DNA of 64,000 nucleotides from Patescibacteria group bacterium. GTDB taxonomy: Bacteria > Patescibacteriota > Minisyncoccia > Phycocordibacterales > UBA12079. A model generated the notes under the pieces. It was not told the DNA's origin, did not search any database, and worked only from the letters and a program-made list of their open reading frames with translations. Position 1 is the first letter of the stretch. The number at the start of each line of letters is the position of its first letter. Shown here piece after piece: positions 55,901 through 64,000 of this stretch. The stretch is from positions 11,677 to 75,676 of the forward strand of contig JAYEKM010000008.1 of the NCBI GenBank assembly GCA_034661035.1, given 5' to 3'. A program made the translations under genes and the position numbers.

Positions 55901-57086
55901 ATTTTTTAAGAGCCTCTTCTACAGAATTTGCTACAATAAGCCCCTCCCCTTTTTCAAACTCTTTCTTACTTTCCATTAATTCTGAATGGAAAATATCTTC
56001 TATCAAAAGTTTTTCTAAATTATCTAAAGTATTTTGAATGGAAAATTGTTTTGATTTTTCGTAAGCGTTTTGGATAATCCCTTGTCTAAAAAGATCATTC
56101 TTTAAGACTTTAAAAATAGCTTTTTTCAAAGCTTCTTTGTCATTAGGCTCAACCAAAATCCCTTCTACATTATTTTCAATCAATTCAGGTAAAGAACAGA
56201 TATTAGTAGTAATCACGGGCAAACCTAAAGTCATTGCTTCCACAGTATCAAAAGAAAAACTTTCCCAATTAGTATTGAAAACAAAAATATCAGCCAATTG
56301 TTTTTGTTTTAATAATTCTTCTCTAGTTAGTTGCCCTGTCAAAATAACTTTTCCCTGCAAACCTAACCTTTCGATTGTTTCTTCTAATTCTTCTTTTTGA
56401 GGGCCACCTCCAACAATAACTAATTTAACTTCTGGAATTTCTTGCAAAATATTCGGCATCGTTTCAATCAACACTTTAAAGCCTTTCCAAGGTACAAGTC
56501 TCCCCACAGATAACAACACATTACTTTCGACTTTATGGACTTTATGAACTTTTAACTCGTTTATTTCTATCCCGTTATAAATTACCTTAATTTTTTCAGG
56601 AGCAATCCCCCAATTCACAATAACTTGTTTAAAGTAATGACTAGGAACAATAATTTTATCAGCCTGTTTAACTACACAAAATTGAATTTTCTTAAAAAAC
56701 CGAACTTTTAAGCCATAGTTATTTCTCGTAGAGAAAGTATCTAAATCATCTTTTACACCAAACCTCTGAACCCCTTGCTCCCATGCATAATCACCAGCAA
56801 TCCTAATGAAAAACTTTTTCCTTAAAAATTTGTTAGCTAACATAGTCGGCAAACCAACACTCACTGGATCTTGAGCATAAATAACATCAACCCCCTTAGC
56901 TCTTTTAAGAATTTTGAAAAAATAAATAATATGACGAATAATTTTTGGTAAATTCCTAACTTCACCAAAAGAAAGGACCACCACTTCAATCCCCCTTTTT
57001 GGTAATTCATCAAAAAGAAGCTTTGAATAAGTAGCCGGTCCACCAATATCCGGCGGGTATATTCCTGTTGTAATTAAAATTCTCAT
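55890..57086 (-). CDS. family 4 glycosyltransferase
   Basis: FNTNWESFSFDTVEAMTLGLPVITT; AAGGAG SD. Confidence 0.75.
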   Translation of the reverse strand: MRILITTGIYPPDIGGPATYSKLLFDELPKRGIEVVVLSFGEVRNLPKIIRHIIYFFKILKRAKGVDVIYAQDPVSVGLPTMLANKFLRKKFFIRIAGDYAWEQGVQRFGVKDDLDTFSTRNNYGLKVRFFKKIQFCVVKQADKIIVPSHYFKQVIVNWGIAPEKIKVIYNGIEINELKVHKVHKVESNVLLSVGRLVPWKGFKVLIETMPNILQEIPEVKLVIVGGGPQKEELEETIERLGLQGKVILTGQLTREELLKQKQLADIFVFNTNWESFSFDTVEAMTLGLPVITTNICSLPELIENNVEGILVEPNDKEALKKAIFKVLKNDLFRQGIIQNAYEKSKQFSIQNTLDNLEKLLIEDIFHSELMESKKEFEKGEGLIVANSVEEALKKYEK

Positions 57087-57152
57087 ATATTTAACTTGAC
57101 TTTTTTACTCCTTAAGATAATATTAAACTAATCACCAACGGAAAAGATTACC

Positions 57153-57683
57153 CTACAAGGTTTCGTCCTTGTAGGGCCTTTTCTTTTTATAAGAAAGCTT
57201 CTTATCTAAATTGTTCATAAACCTTAAATATGGTCTAACTATTTTAAATCTCAAAAGAGCAGAAAATTTAAAGAAGTTCGGAATCAAAACCGCTTTTAGC
57301 TTATTCTGTTCTAATAGATATTTGACCAAACAATAAAAATCCCCATCTCCACTTATAATTATTGCTTTATCAAAATTAGGATATTCAATCATTGTTTGTA
57401 ATACTAACTCAGCATCAACGTTCCCTTTAGTAGTTCCATCCTTATATCCCAAAGTTGGTTTAAAAACACAAATAAAGCCAGCTTCTTGTAAGAACTTATA
57501 TAAATCATTATTTCCCTCTACGAAACCAATAAATAGAAAAGCTTTATTAATCTTATATTTTTCTTTCAGATAAACACGAAACCTAGCAAAGTCCAATTTC
57601 CAACCTAAAGACTGAATACTTAAATTTAAGTTCTGGCTATCTATAAAAGCATAATTATTTTTTTTATCTTTCTTTTGCATCAT
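57153..57683 (-). CDS. NYN-domain (LabA-like PIN-fold) protein, paralogue 2
   Basis: NNYAFIDSQNL..NVDAELVL..IIISGDGDFYCLV; about 45% identical to paralogue 1; the C-terminus overlaps hairpin CCCTACAAGG-N6-CCTTGTAGGG. Confidence 0.7.
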   Translation of the reverse strand: MMQKKDKKNNYAFIDSQNLNLSIQSLGWKLDFARFRVYLKEKYKINKAFLFIGFVEGNNDLYKFLQEAGFICVFKPTLGYKDGTTKGNVDAELVLQTMIEYPNFDKAIIISGDGDFYCLVKYLLEQNKLKAVLIPNFFKFSALLRFKIVRPYLRFMNNLDKKLSYKKKRPYKDETL

Positions 57684-58881
57684 ATAATTTTTCTCTGTTG
57701 GTAAAAAGAATCATTTCTTTCATCTCCCGTGCGATCTTCTCCCAGTCATACTCTTTTACGACCATTTGATAAGCTTGTTTTACGACGCGATCTCTAAGGT
57801 CTTGGTTGCCAAGTAAAAATTTCACTTTTTCAGCAATTGATTCTGGATCTTTAACCTGACAAAACAAACCCGTCTCATTATCTTTTAGAAAATCAGGGAT
57901 TCCTCCAACAGAAGTCGCAATGACAGGTGTTTTGGTTATCATAGCCTCCAAAAAAGAATTACCTAACCCCTCTGACAAAGAAGGTCTAATAAAGATATCT
58001 GAGATTTTCAAGTATTTAACTAGTTCATCCTGTTTGATATAAGAAATAAAAATAACCCTGTCTTCCAAGTTTCTTTCCGTTGTTATTTTTTCTAAATTTG
58101 TTTTATCTTCTCCATCCCCTATTAAAATAAGTTTGATATTATCTGGCAAATAGGTCAGCGCCTTAATTAAATAATCTAAACCATTCTTGTAAGTCAGTCT
58201 ACCTGTGTGGATTATAAACCTATCTTCCAATTGTTTACCTAGCTCTTGTTCAAGTTTTCTTAGATCTTTTATTGAAGATGTTTGTGAAAATACTTTTATA
58301 TCAACCCCGTTAGGAATAACCTCAATCGGGCATTGAGCCCCCAAAGTCTTCGCCCAATCAGCCAAATAATTACTAATACATTGAATTTGATCAGCTCTTT
58401 TGAAGATATTCTCAAACTGACCTTTTATAAATTTAGTTCTTTTCTGAATATATTTTTGACTATCACCCTCTTGTAAAGTAAGTAAGAAAGGAACTTGTGG
58501 ATTACTTTTTTTAAATTTTGATGCAGCTAATCCCGCGTAACTTGCCATAATCGCCCAAATTGAATCATAATTCCCTTGTTTATTTAGTTTTTTTGCCATA
58601 TATTGACCAAAAAAAGCAAAGAATACCTTGTCAACCATCGGATGACCTATACCCACTCTAAAGACAGTTATATTGCCAATTTTCTCCTTCTGAGCAAGAT
58701 TTTTATCCATTTTAGCCGTTATCATATGAAATTCAATATCAGTTAATCTGTCTGTTATTTCTTTAACAGCTACTTCTGCCCCTCCCACAAAAGGATAATA
58801 GGCAGTCGAAAACATAAGTACTTTCTTAGACATATTATTATTGTAACAGAAAACCTTAAGTTTAGAAGAATTATTATTCAT
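57664..58881 (-). CDS. family 4 glycosyltransferase
   Basis: RPSLSEGLGNSFLEAMITKTPVIATSVGG; the likely start is the internal MSKKVLMFSTAYYP. Confidence 0.75.
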   Translation of the reverse strand: MNNNSSKLKVFCYNNNMSKKVLMFSTAYYPFVGGAEVAVKEITDRLTDIEFHMITAKMDKNLAQKEKIGNITVFRVGIGHPMVDKVFFAFFGQYMAKKLNKQGNYDSIWAIMASYAGLAASKFKKSNPQVPFLLTLQEGDSQKYIQKRTKFIKGQFENIFKRADQIQCISNYLADWAKTLGAQCPIEVIPNGVDIKVFSQTSSIKDLRKLEQELGKQLEDRFIIHTGRLTYKNGLDYLIKALTYLPDNIKLILIGDGEDKTNLEKITTERNLEDRVIFISYIKQDELVKYLKISDIFIRPSLSEGLGNSFLEAMITKTPVIATSVGGIPDFLKDNETGLFCQVKDPESIAEKVKFLLGNQDLRDRVVKQAYQMVVKEYDWEKIAREMKEMILFTNREKLYDAKER

Positions 58882-60328
58882 CTAATTTAGTAGCAAAAAC
58901 AACTCCGGTGATGGCTAAAGAAACAATTCCCATCAAAGAAATCGTCCACTTATTGATAAGAGGTTCATCAAAATCATCAACAGGGACTTGTTGCTGAAGA
59001 TCAGATGAAGTTGCTGTCTCTGTTTTATCTTCTAGAATTACCTCTCCATCTTCTTCTGGCTCAACCTCTTCAATTAATGGTTTTGTGGCTTTATTAATAT
59101 TTGCTACTTGAGGAACAACAGGAATCGGAACAACGATTTTTTGATCTATCACAGACTCTTTCCTATAATCGAAAGCTATACTACCATTTGGGTATAACAA
59201 TTGAATATCGTCACCTTCTTTTGGAAAAAGATTAGTAACATGACTTGATAATTTTAATTGATTATCAGCTAACATTATTGTATTTTTGGGAAATGTCCAA
59301 AAATTATCACCGACCTTTAATCTCCACCAAGATAAGTTTAATTCATACTGCGAAGGATTATTAATGTTTACAAAAGAATTGGAATCGTCAAACAAAACAT
59401 CTTTGATAAAAACTCCTGAAGAAATTACTTTTGTTTTAACCCTGTCCATAGCCGAATGTTTCCCTGAAGAAACCTCTAGGGTAATTAAATATTCACCTGG
59501 ATATTGAAAAGCGTGTAAAACATTTTGACCAGCAACCCTTGAACCATCACCAAAAGACCAACTGTACTTAGCATTCTCAATAGGTTGGTTTTCTAATCCA
59601 AGAGATTCCCCTTTAAACATAAAGTCTGCCCCTGCAATAGGAATATCTTGAAAAGAAATAATATGAGCCTTAATCTGACTAACAAAAAGAATACTACCAG
59701 ACCCTAGATCTAAACCTTGATCTTCTTGCTCACTAGGAGGAATTATTTCATCGTTTTCCTCAACAGGTTCATCTGGTTGGTTTCCTCCATTTGTACAAGC
59801 TGGAGTAGGAGTACCGGATTGCCAAGTCGAATCAATTTTTTGTAGTGAGTCACCATCACCGTTAGCTCCCCATTCTGATAAGTAATCTACACTGTCAACA
59901 TCAATCAATTCATCATCCCTTAAAATTAAACCTTCGCCAGAATTAGAAAGAGAAAAAGCTGAATCAAAAACTAAACCAGAAAAATTAGGATAATCTACCT
60001 CAAATTTTTCAAAGTTATCAATAATCAATGCATAAGTTTTAGTAGGTAAAACAAGAGAATCCCCTTCAATAATTGACTTTATTCTATGGTTAGTTTCTGC
60101 CTCAAACACCTTCCAGCCTGAAAGATCAACATCCTCTGTAGTTGTATTATAAATTTCAATCCATTCCCTCCCACTATCGCTACCTTCTAAATTGTACATT
60201 ACTTCTGTTATTTCAATTTGGGAAAAAACAAAACTAGGAGACAAAAATAAAACAGACAAAGCAGTTACTAAAAGTAACTGCTTTGTCTGTTTTAAATTTT
60301 TATTTATTCTCATCTGGCTTCTTAACAT
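58874..60328 (-). CDS. secreted lamin-tail-domain (LTD) + PKD-domain protein with C-terminal membrane anchor
   Basis: Signal peptide; LTD ITEVMYNLEGSDSGREWIEIYN..LSGW; PKD YSWSFGDGS..HAFQYPGEYLITLEV; C-terminal TM WTISLMGIVSLAITGVVF. Confidence 0.7.
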   Translation of the reverse strand: MLRSQMRINKNLKQTKQLLLVTALSVLFLSPSFVFSQIEITEVMYNLEGSDSGREWIEIYNTTTEDVDLSGWKVFEAETNHRIKSIIEGDSLVLPTKTYALIIDNFEKFEVDYPNFSGLVFDSAFSLSNSGEGLILRDDELIDVDSVDYLSEWGANGDGDSLQKIDSTWQSGTPTPACTNGGNQPDEPVEENDEIIPPSEQEDQGLDLGSGSILFVSQIKAHIISFQDIPIAGADFMFKGESLGLENQPIENAKYSWSFGDGSRVAGQNVLHAFQYPGEYLITLEVSSGKHSAMDRVKTKVISSGVFIKDVLFDDSNSFVNINNPSQYELNLSWWRLKVGDNFWTFPKNTIMLADNQLKLSSHVTNLFPKEGDDIQLLYPNGSIAFDYRKESVIDQKIVVPIPVVPQVANINKATKPLIEEVEPEEDGEVILEDKTETATSSDLQQQVPVDDFDEPLINKWTISLMGIVSLAITGVVFATKLDE

Positions 60329-62012
60329 ATAACATTTTCTCTAAAACATCCTTGGGTATTTCTTTCGTCTTATCATTCACATGTTCATTTTTGTATTTTC
60401 TTTGGTTAAATTTTTGTTGAGGTACAGATTTCAAATCTTTTTTATCAAAAACTTTTTTTACTTCTTCTTTATCTTCCCCCCGAAAATTTTGAATGGCATT
60501 AGATAAAGCTTTTTTCAAAGCATTTCCATTGTTATTCTCAAGAGTTTTCTTCTCTTTCCTGAAAGTAACATTATTAATTCTTTGGTAATCTTTTCTACCT
60601 TTTAAATCATTCAAACTGAGAGAGGGAGAGTTCTTAGATTCGTTTTTTTGGAATGAACGTTTGTCATTTTTTTGAGGTTCTCCTATCGGGGATTCCCCTT
60701 TCTTCTGACTTTGTAAATTGCTTTGATTATGCCATTCAGATATTTTTTTCTCTACCTGTTCCTTTGGTTGAGTAAATTGTTTTCTAGAGAACTCTATAAC
60801 CTCATCTTTAAAAGAAAGAGTTGGTTTTTTAATAGGAGGCAAAGTTCTAGCAGAAAAAGGAGTAGAACTAATCCCGTCTATCATCAACTTCAAATAAATT
60901 TGAGCAAAGCCTAAATTAACAATATCCTCAACTAAAAACTCAGGAGAAAACTCCTTTTCTAGTAACTCCGCATCTGTAGCTCCTACTCTAAAAGCAACCA
61001 TTGTCCCCACATTACCAAAAACAGCCGCGTGCACTTTCTCTGGCATCTGCTCTATGTATTGATGGGCAATAGTAAGATTTAACTTATATTTTCTTGCTTG
61101 AGATAAAATATCAGCAAAAGAATCATTTGCTAAATTCTGAAACTCATCAATATACAAATAAAAATTAGGTAATTTGGCCAACTCATTTTGACTAACATCA
61201 GCTCTACTCATCGCTGCTAAATATATCTTTGTAGTTAGCATGGAACCTAATAAATCAGCGTTGGCTTCCCCTACTTGTCCAATGGACAAATTAACTAAAA
61301 GTATTTTTTTATTATCTATAACATCACGAAAATTAAAAGATGATTTTTCTTGTCCGATTATATTTCTTATCAAAGGATTTGATGTAAATTGACCCACTTT
61401 ATTTAAAATAGCAGCATAGGCATCCCTTCTATACCTATCATCCCACCCAGCAAATTCTTCAGTCCAAAAAGCTTTTACTGACGGATCTGTAATGTTATTT
61501 ACTACCTTTTTACGGTATTTTGCATCCGTGAAAATCTTAGTCATTCCCAACATGGTCGATCCGGGGTACTCTAAAAGAGCCAACAAAGTATTGTTAGTAA
61601 TGTGTTCCATACGATCGGAAAAAGTATCTTCTCCCCAAATCTTCTTAAAAGCAGATAAAAGCCCTTGAGCTACTAAATGTCTTTTGTCTGGACCAACGTC
61701 CTCCATAACGTTAAAAGAGATCGGATTATTTACATCAAAAGGAGCAAAATAAATCACATCTTCAATTCTGTTTTCAGGAACATAGTCTAAAAACTTTTTG
61801 ACAGACAGTCCATGTGGGTCAATAAAACAAATCCCATTTCCACTCTGAATATCTTGAACTGCCATGTTTTCTAACATAGTAGACTTCCCCATACCAGTTT
61901 TCCCAATAACATAAAAATGTCTAGTTCTATCGGAAGCTTTTATTCCAAAAGAAGTTCGCTTATTACGACGGTCTATCCCGGCAAAATATGTAATTGGATT
62001 TTTTTCTTCCAT
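60300..62012 (-). CDS. VirD4/TraG/HerA-type P-loop ATPase (AAA_10/DUF87-like) with a disordered K/E-rich tail
   Basis: Walker A HFYVIGKTGMGKST, Walker B-like FYLYIDEF; about 150-aa low-complexity C-terminus. Confidence 0.5.
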   Translation of the reverse strand: MEEKNPITYFAGIDRRNKRTSFGIKASDRTRHFYVIGKTGMGKSTMLENMAVQDIQSGNGICFIDPHGLSVKKFLDYVPENRIEDVIYFAPFDVNNPISFNVMEDVGPDKRHLVAQGLLSAFKKIWGEDTFSDRMEHITNNTLLALLEYPGSTMLGMTKIFTDAKYRKKVVNNITDPSVKAFWTEEFAGWDDRYRRDAYAAILNKVGQFTSNPLIRNIIGQEKSSFNFRDVIDNKKILLVNLSIGQVGEANADLLGSMLTTKIYLAAMSRADVSQNELAKLPNFYLYIDEFQNLANDSFADILSQARKYKLNLTIAHQYIEQMPEKVHAAVFGNVGTMVAFRVGATDAELLEKEFSPEFLVEDIVNLGFAQIYLKLMIDGISSTPFSARTLPPIKKPTLSFKDEVIEFSRKQFTQPKEQVEKKISEWHNQSNLQSQKKGESPIGEPQKNDKRSFQKNESKNSPSLSLNDLKGRKDYQRINNVTFRKEKKTLENNNGNALKKALSNAIQNFRGEDKEEVKKVFDKKDLKSVPQQKFNQRKYKNEHVNDKTKEIPKDVLEKMLYVKKPDENK

Positions 62013-62034
62013 TCTTATTATTATAAGTTATTTA

Positions 62035-63240
62035 TCAATTTGGTAGAAGTGCTCCAGTTGTATATCTATTACTTGCAGACCAAAGCATCCAGCTATCTAA
62101 ACCAGCGTCATAGGTAGCATTAATCTGAGCACGAACTTCTGCTGGTCCATAATCAGCTCCTAAATCAAAATCTTGTAACCAAGGTCTCAATTTTTTAGGG
62201 TCCATACCAGCATTTTTAGCCTTTATTACCGCTTTATCCATTGAGTATTTCACCACTTCATACGGATAAGCAGCTGGGTTATCTAGGCCGATGAAATTTT
62301 TTGGATAATGGGAGGGATAGACCATTGGAGCAATAAAATCAAAAGAAGGTAGAGCATACTCCAGAATTTGTCCAATATTTAAATCATCATCATTCGTGGT
62401 TACCATACCAAATAAATCAGCAGATAAAACAAGGTCCAAGTCACTTAACTCAGCGTCTAAATAGGTAAAAAATTCACGTAATATTTTTGCCTTACCAGTA
62501 TCTACATCAGCAATAATTCTTTCTTCACTAAAAGGATAATAAATCTCAGACATATCTCCGTCCGAAGGAAAGCGAATATAATCAAAATTAATTTCATCAA
62601 AACCAATTTGGTATGAATATCTTGCTAAATCAATTATGTACTCCCAAACTTCAATGGAACCAGCATCCAACCAACTAATTCCTTTATAGTCTTTCCAAAT
62701 ATCACCGTCCTTCGATTTTTTTACGGCTAAGTCAGGGCGTTGCTCCACAAGATGAGGGTCTTGAAAGACAGAGATTCTACCAATCACATAAATATTTTTA
62801 CTATGTAAATATTCCAAAAATTCTTTTATATCTGGAATACGATTGATGGGAGCGTCGTACCTTTCTAAATTTTCATCGCCCTGAATCATAAAAGAAATTT
62901 GTCCCGTATAATCTTTGATATCTATGATTATGGAATTTATTTCTGTATTATCAACAATCTTGACCAAATTATCCCTAATATTTTTTGTACCAGCTACCCA
63001 ACTGGTCATGTAAATAGTCTTAACTTGCTCAGGTAAAGAGATGTGAGAAACCACCTCAGCTTCTTCTTCTCCAGCTACCTCTATCATTGAAGCTTCATTA
63101 AAAAAATTTATCGTAGAAACTGTGCCATAAACAATAAAAAACCCTGTCATTAGAAAACAGAGAAGAACACCACTTATTGTTATTTTTAAAATTTTTAGTT
63201 TATTATTCTTCTTTGGTTGTACAGTCATCATTTTCCACAT
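62035..63240 (-). CDS. membrane-anchored putative glycoside-hydrolase-like TIM-barrel protein (DUF4015-like)
   Basis: N-terminal TM; IIIDIKDYTG..YVIGRISVFQD.. pattern recalled for DUF4015. Confidence 0.4.
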   Translation of the reverse strand: MWKMMTVQPKKNNKLKILKITISGVLLCFLMTGFFIVYGTVSTINFFNEASMIEVAGEEEAEVVSHISLPEQVKTIYMTSWVAGTKNIRDNLVKIVDNTEINSIIIDIKDYTGQISFMIQGDENLERYDAPINRIPDIKEFLEYLHSKNIYVIGRISVFQDPHLVEQRPDLAVKKSKDGDIWKDYKGISWLDAGSIEVWEYIIDLARYSYQIGFDEINFDYIRFPSDGDMSEIYYPFSEERIIADVDTGKAKILREFFTYLDAELSDLDLVLSADLFGMVTTNDDDLNIGQILEYALPSFDFIAPMVYPSHYPKNFIGLDNPAAYPYEVVKYSMDKAVIKAKNAGMDPKKLRPWLQDFDLGADYGPAEVRAQINATYDAGLDSWMLWSASNRYTTGALLPN

Positions 63241-63421
63241 AGACGTTATCTTGTAATTCTTCTTGTTTGTCTGTAACTAAACTTACTTTTCTAGAAAGAT
63301 AAAGTGACTGCACCAAAATAAGTAATCCTAGAATAGGGTAAATGAAGATGTCCCACGTGTTAGGAAACCCTAAAAATGGGAATAAAATCACTAAAAAACC
63401 TAAAATTGATAACCTTTTCAT
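63203..63421 (-). CDS. hypothetical small membrane protein (72 aa)
   Basis: Two hydrophobic helices; overlaps the downstream gene start; may be spurious. Confidence 0.3.
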   Translation of the reverse strand: MKRLSILGFLVILFPFLGFPNTWDIFIYPILGLLILVQSLYLSRKVSLVTDKQEELQDNVYVENDDCTTKEE

Positions 63422-63422
63422 C

Positions 63423-63540
63423 CCGTTAGAGATAGCTTACCCTAAAGCAAGCGATCTTAGATTAACTGATAATTTTCTAATTTCCCGTTCTTCATTTAAA
63501 TAAAGGTAAACCTGAATTTTCTTATCAAATCTCTAACGGG
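63423..63540. repeat. 14-bp perfect inverted repeat pair about 90 bp apart
   Basis: ATCCCGTTAGAGAT ... ATCTCTAACGGGAT. Confidence 0.6.
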
Positions 63541-63561
63541 ATTCATTATTTGTATTATACT

Positions 63562-64000
63562 TTATTTTCCTTGAATCACAAAAACAAACTCCCCTTTTAC
63601 CTTTGATAGATTATTACTGAAATAATCCATGACTTCTGAGATATTTCCTGAAACAATTTCTTCGTAAATTTTTGTAAGTTCTTTAGCAACAACAATTTTT
63701 TTCTTATCACTTCCTTCTACTTCATTTAACAAATCCTTCAACAATTCTAAAGTTTTCAAGACACGATGAGGTGACTCATAAAAAACAACTGTTCTTTCAG
63801 AGTTGATAGCTTCCATTAATAACGTCTGACGACCTTTTTTGTGAGGTAAAAAGCCTAAAAATAAAAACTGGTCTGCTGACAAACCACTCCCTGACAAAGC
63901 TGTGATAAGCGCTGAAGGCCCTGGAACTGGGATAACATTCACATTATCCTTTAATTTTTCTTTTACTTCAGTAATTAACAGAAAACCAGGATCGGAGATA
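63562..64000 (-). CDS. rsmI: 16S rRNA (cytidine1402-2'-O)-methyltransferase RsmI, 5' end beyond window
   Basis: Frame is open to the window edge (..ISDPGFLLITEVKEKLKDNVNVIPVPGPSALITALSGSGL..); tetrapyrrole-methylase fold with LFLGFLPHKKGRQ. Confidence 0.75.
   Translation of the reverse strand, partial: ISDPGFLLITEVKEKLKDNVNVIPVPGPSALITALSGSGLSADQFLFLGFLPHKKGRQTLLMEAINSERTVVFYESPHRVLKTLELLKDLLNEVEGSDKKKIVVAKELTKIYEEIVSGNISEVMDYFSNNLSKVKGEFVFVIQGK

Overview
Low-GC (roughly 30%) bacterial window with tightly packed, mostly short genes and few strong Shine-Dalgarno sites. The gene content fits a reduced-genome bacterium, possibly CPR/Patescibacteria; that placement is inference only.

Layout:
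- 1-5.3 kb: housekeeping block hisS(partial)-rpsU-ybeY-ftsA-ftsZ-trxB.
- 6.0-7.1 kb: a scarred tRNA locus carrying tRNA-Val, tRNA-Glu and tRNA-Ser plus a pseudo-tRNA fragment, an inverted tRNA 3' copy and GC-rich hairpins. It is followed by a promoter, a roughly 200-nt leader and a terminator upstream of a GNAT gene.
- 7.8-21.2 kb: tsaD, valS, a PrsW-like protease, hsp20, mltG, leuS, ychF and khpA. tsaD and leuS carry odd in-frame repeats.
- 21.6-27.3 kb: a WbaP-like initiating sugar transferase, a PAP2 phosphatase, a Rel/SpoT homologue and a solo 23S-IVS-family four-helix-bundle gene flanked by inverted repeats.
- 27.7-34.9 kb: an RND/MFP efflux pair sitting between split wzm and wzt polysaccharide ABC-exporter genes and bracketed by ORF-less copies of the same repeat.
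- 33.6-58.9 kb: a roughly 25-kb surface-glycan locus with nonulosonic-acid-like genes (including a NeuB-TIM-barrel fusion), FdtA/DegT amino-sugar genes, a GT11 fucosyltransferase, about 12 glycosyltransferases and 5-6 methyltransferases. A poly-G8 tract sits in one GT gene, and a GIY-YIG gene and two NYN-domain paralogues are embedded in the GT4 operon.
- 58.9-64.0 kb: an LTD+PKD secreted protein, a VirD4-like P-loop ATPase, a DUF4015-like protein and partial rsmI.

No CRISPR array, rRNA gene or obvious IS/transposase was seen. Every call below comes from reading the sequence and recalled family motifs; no search was run.
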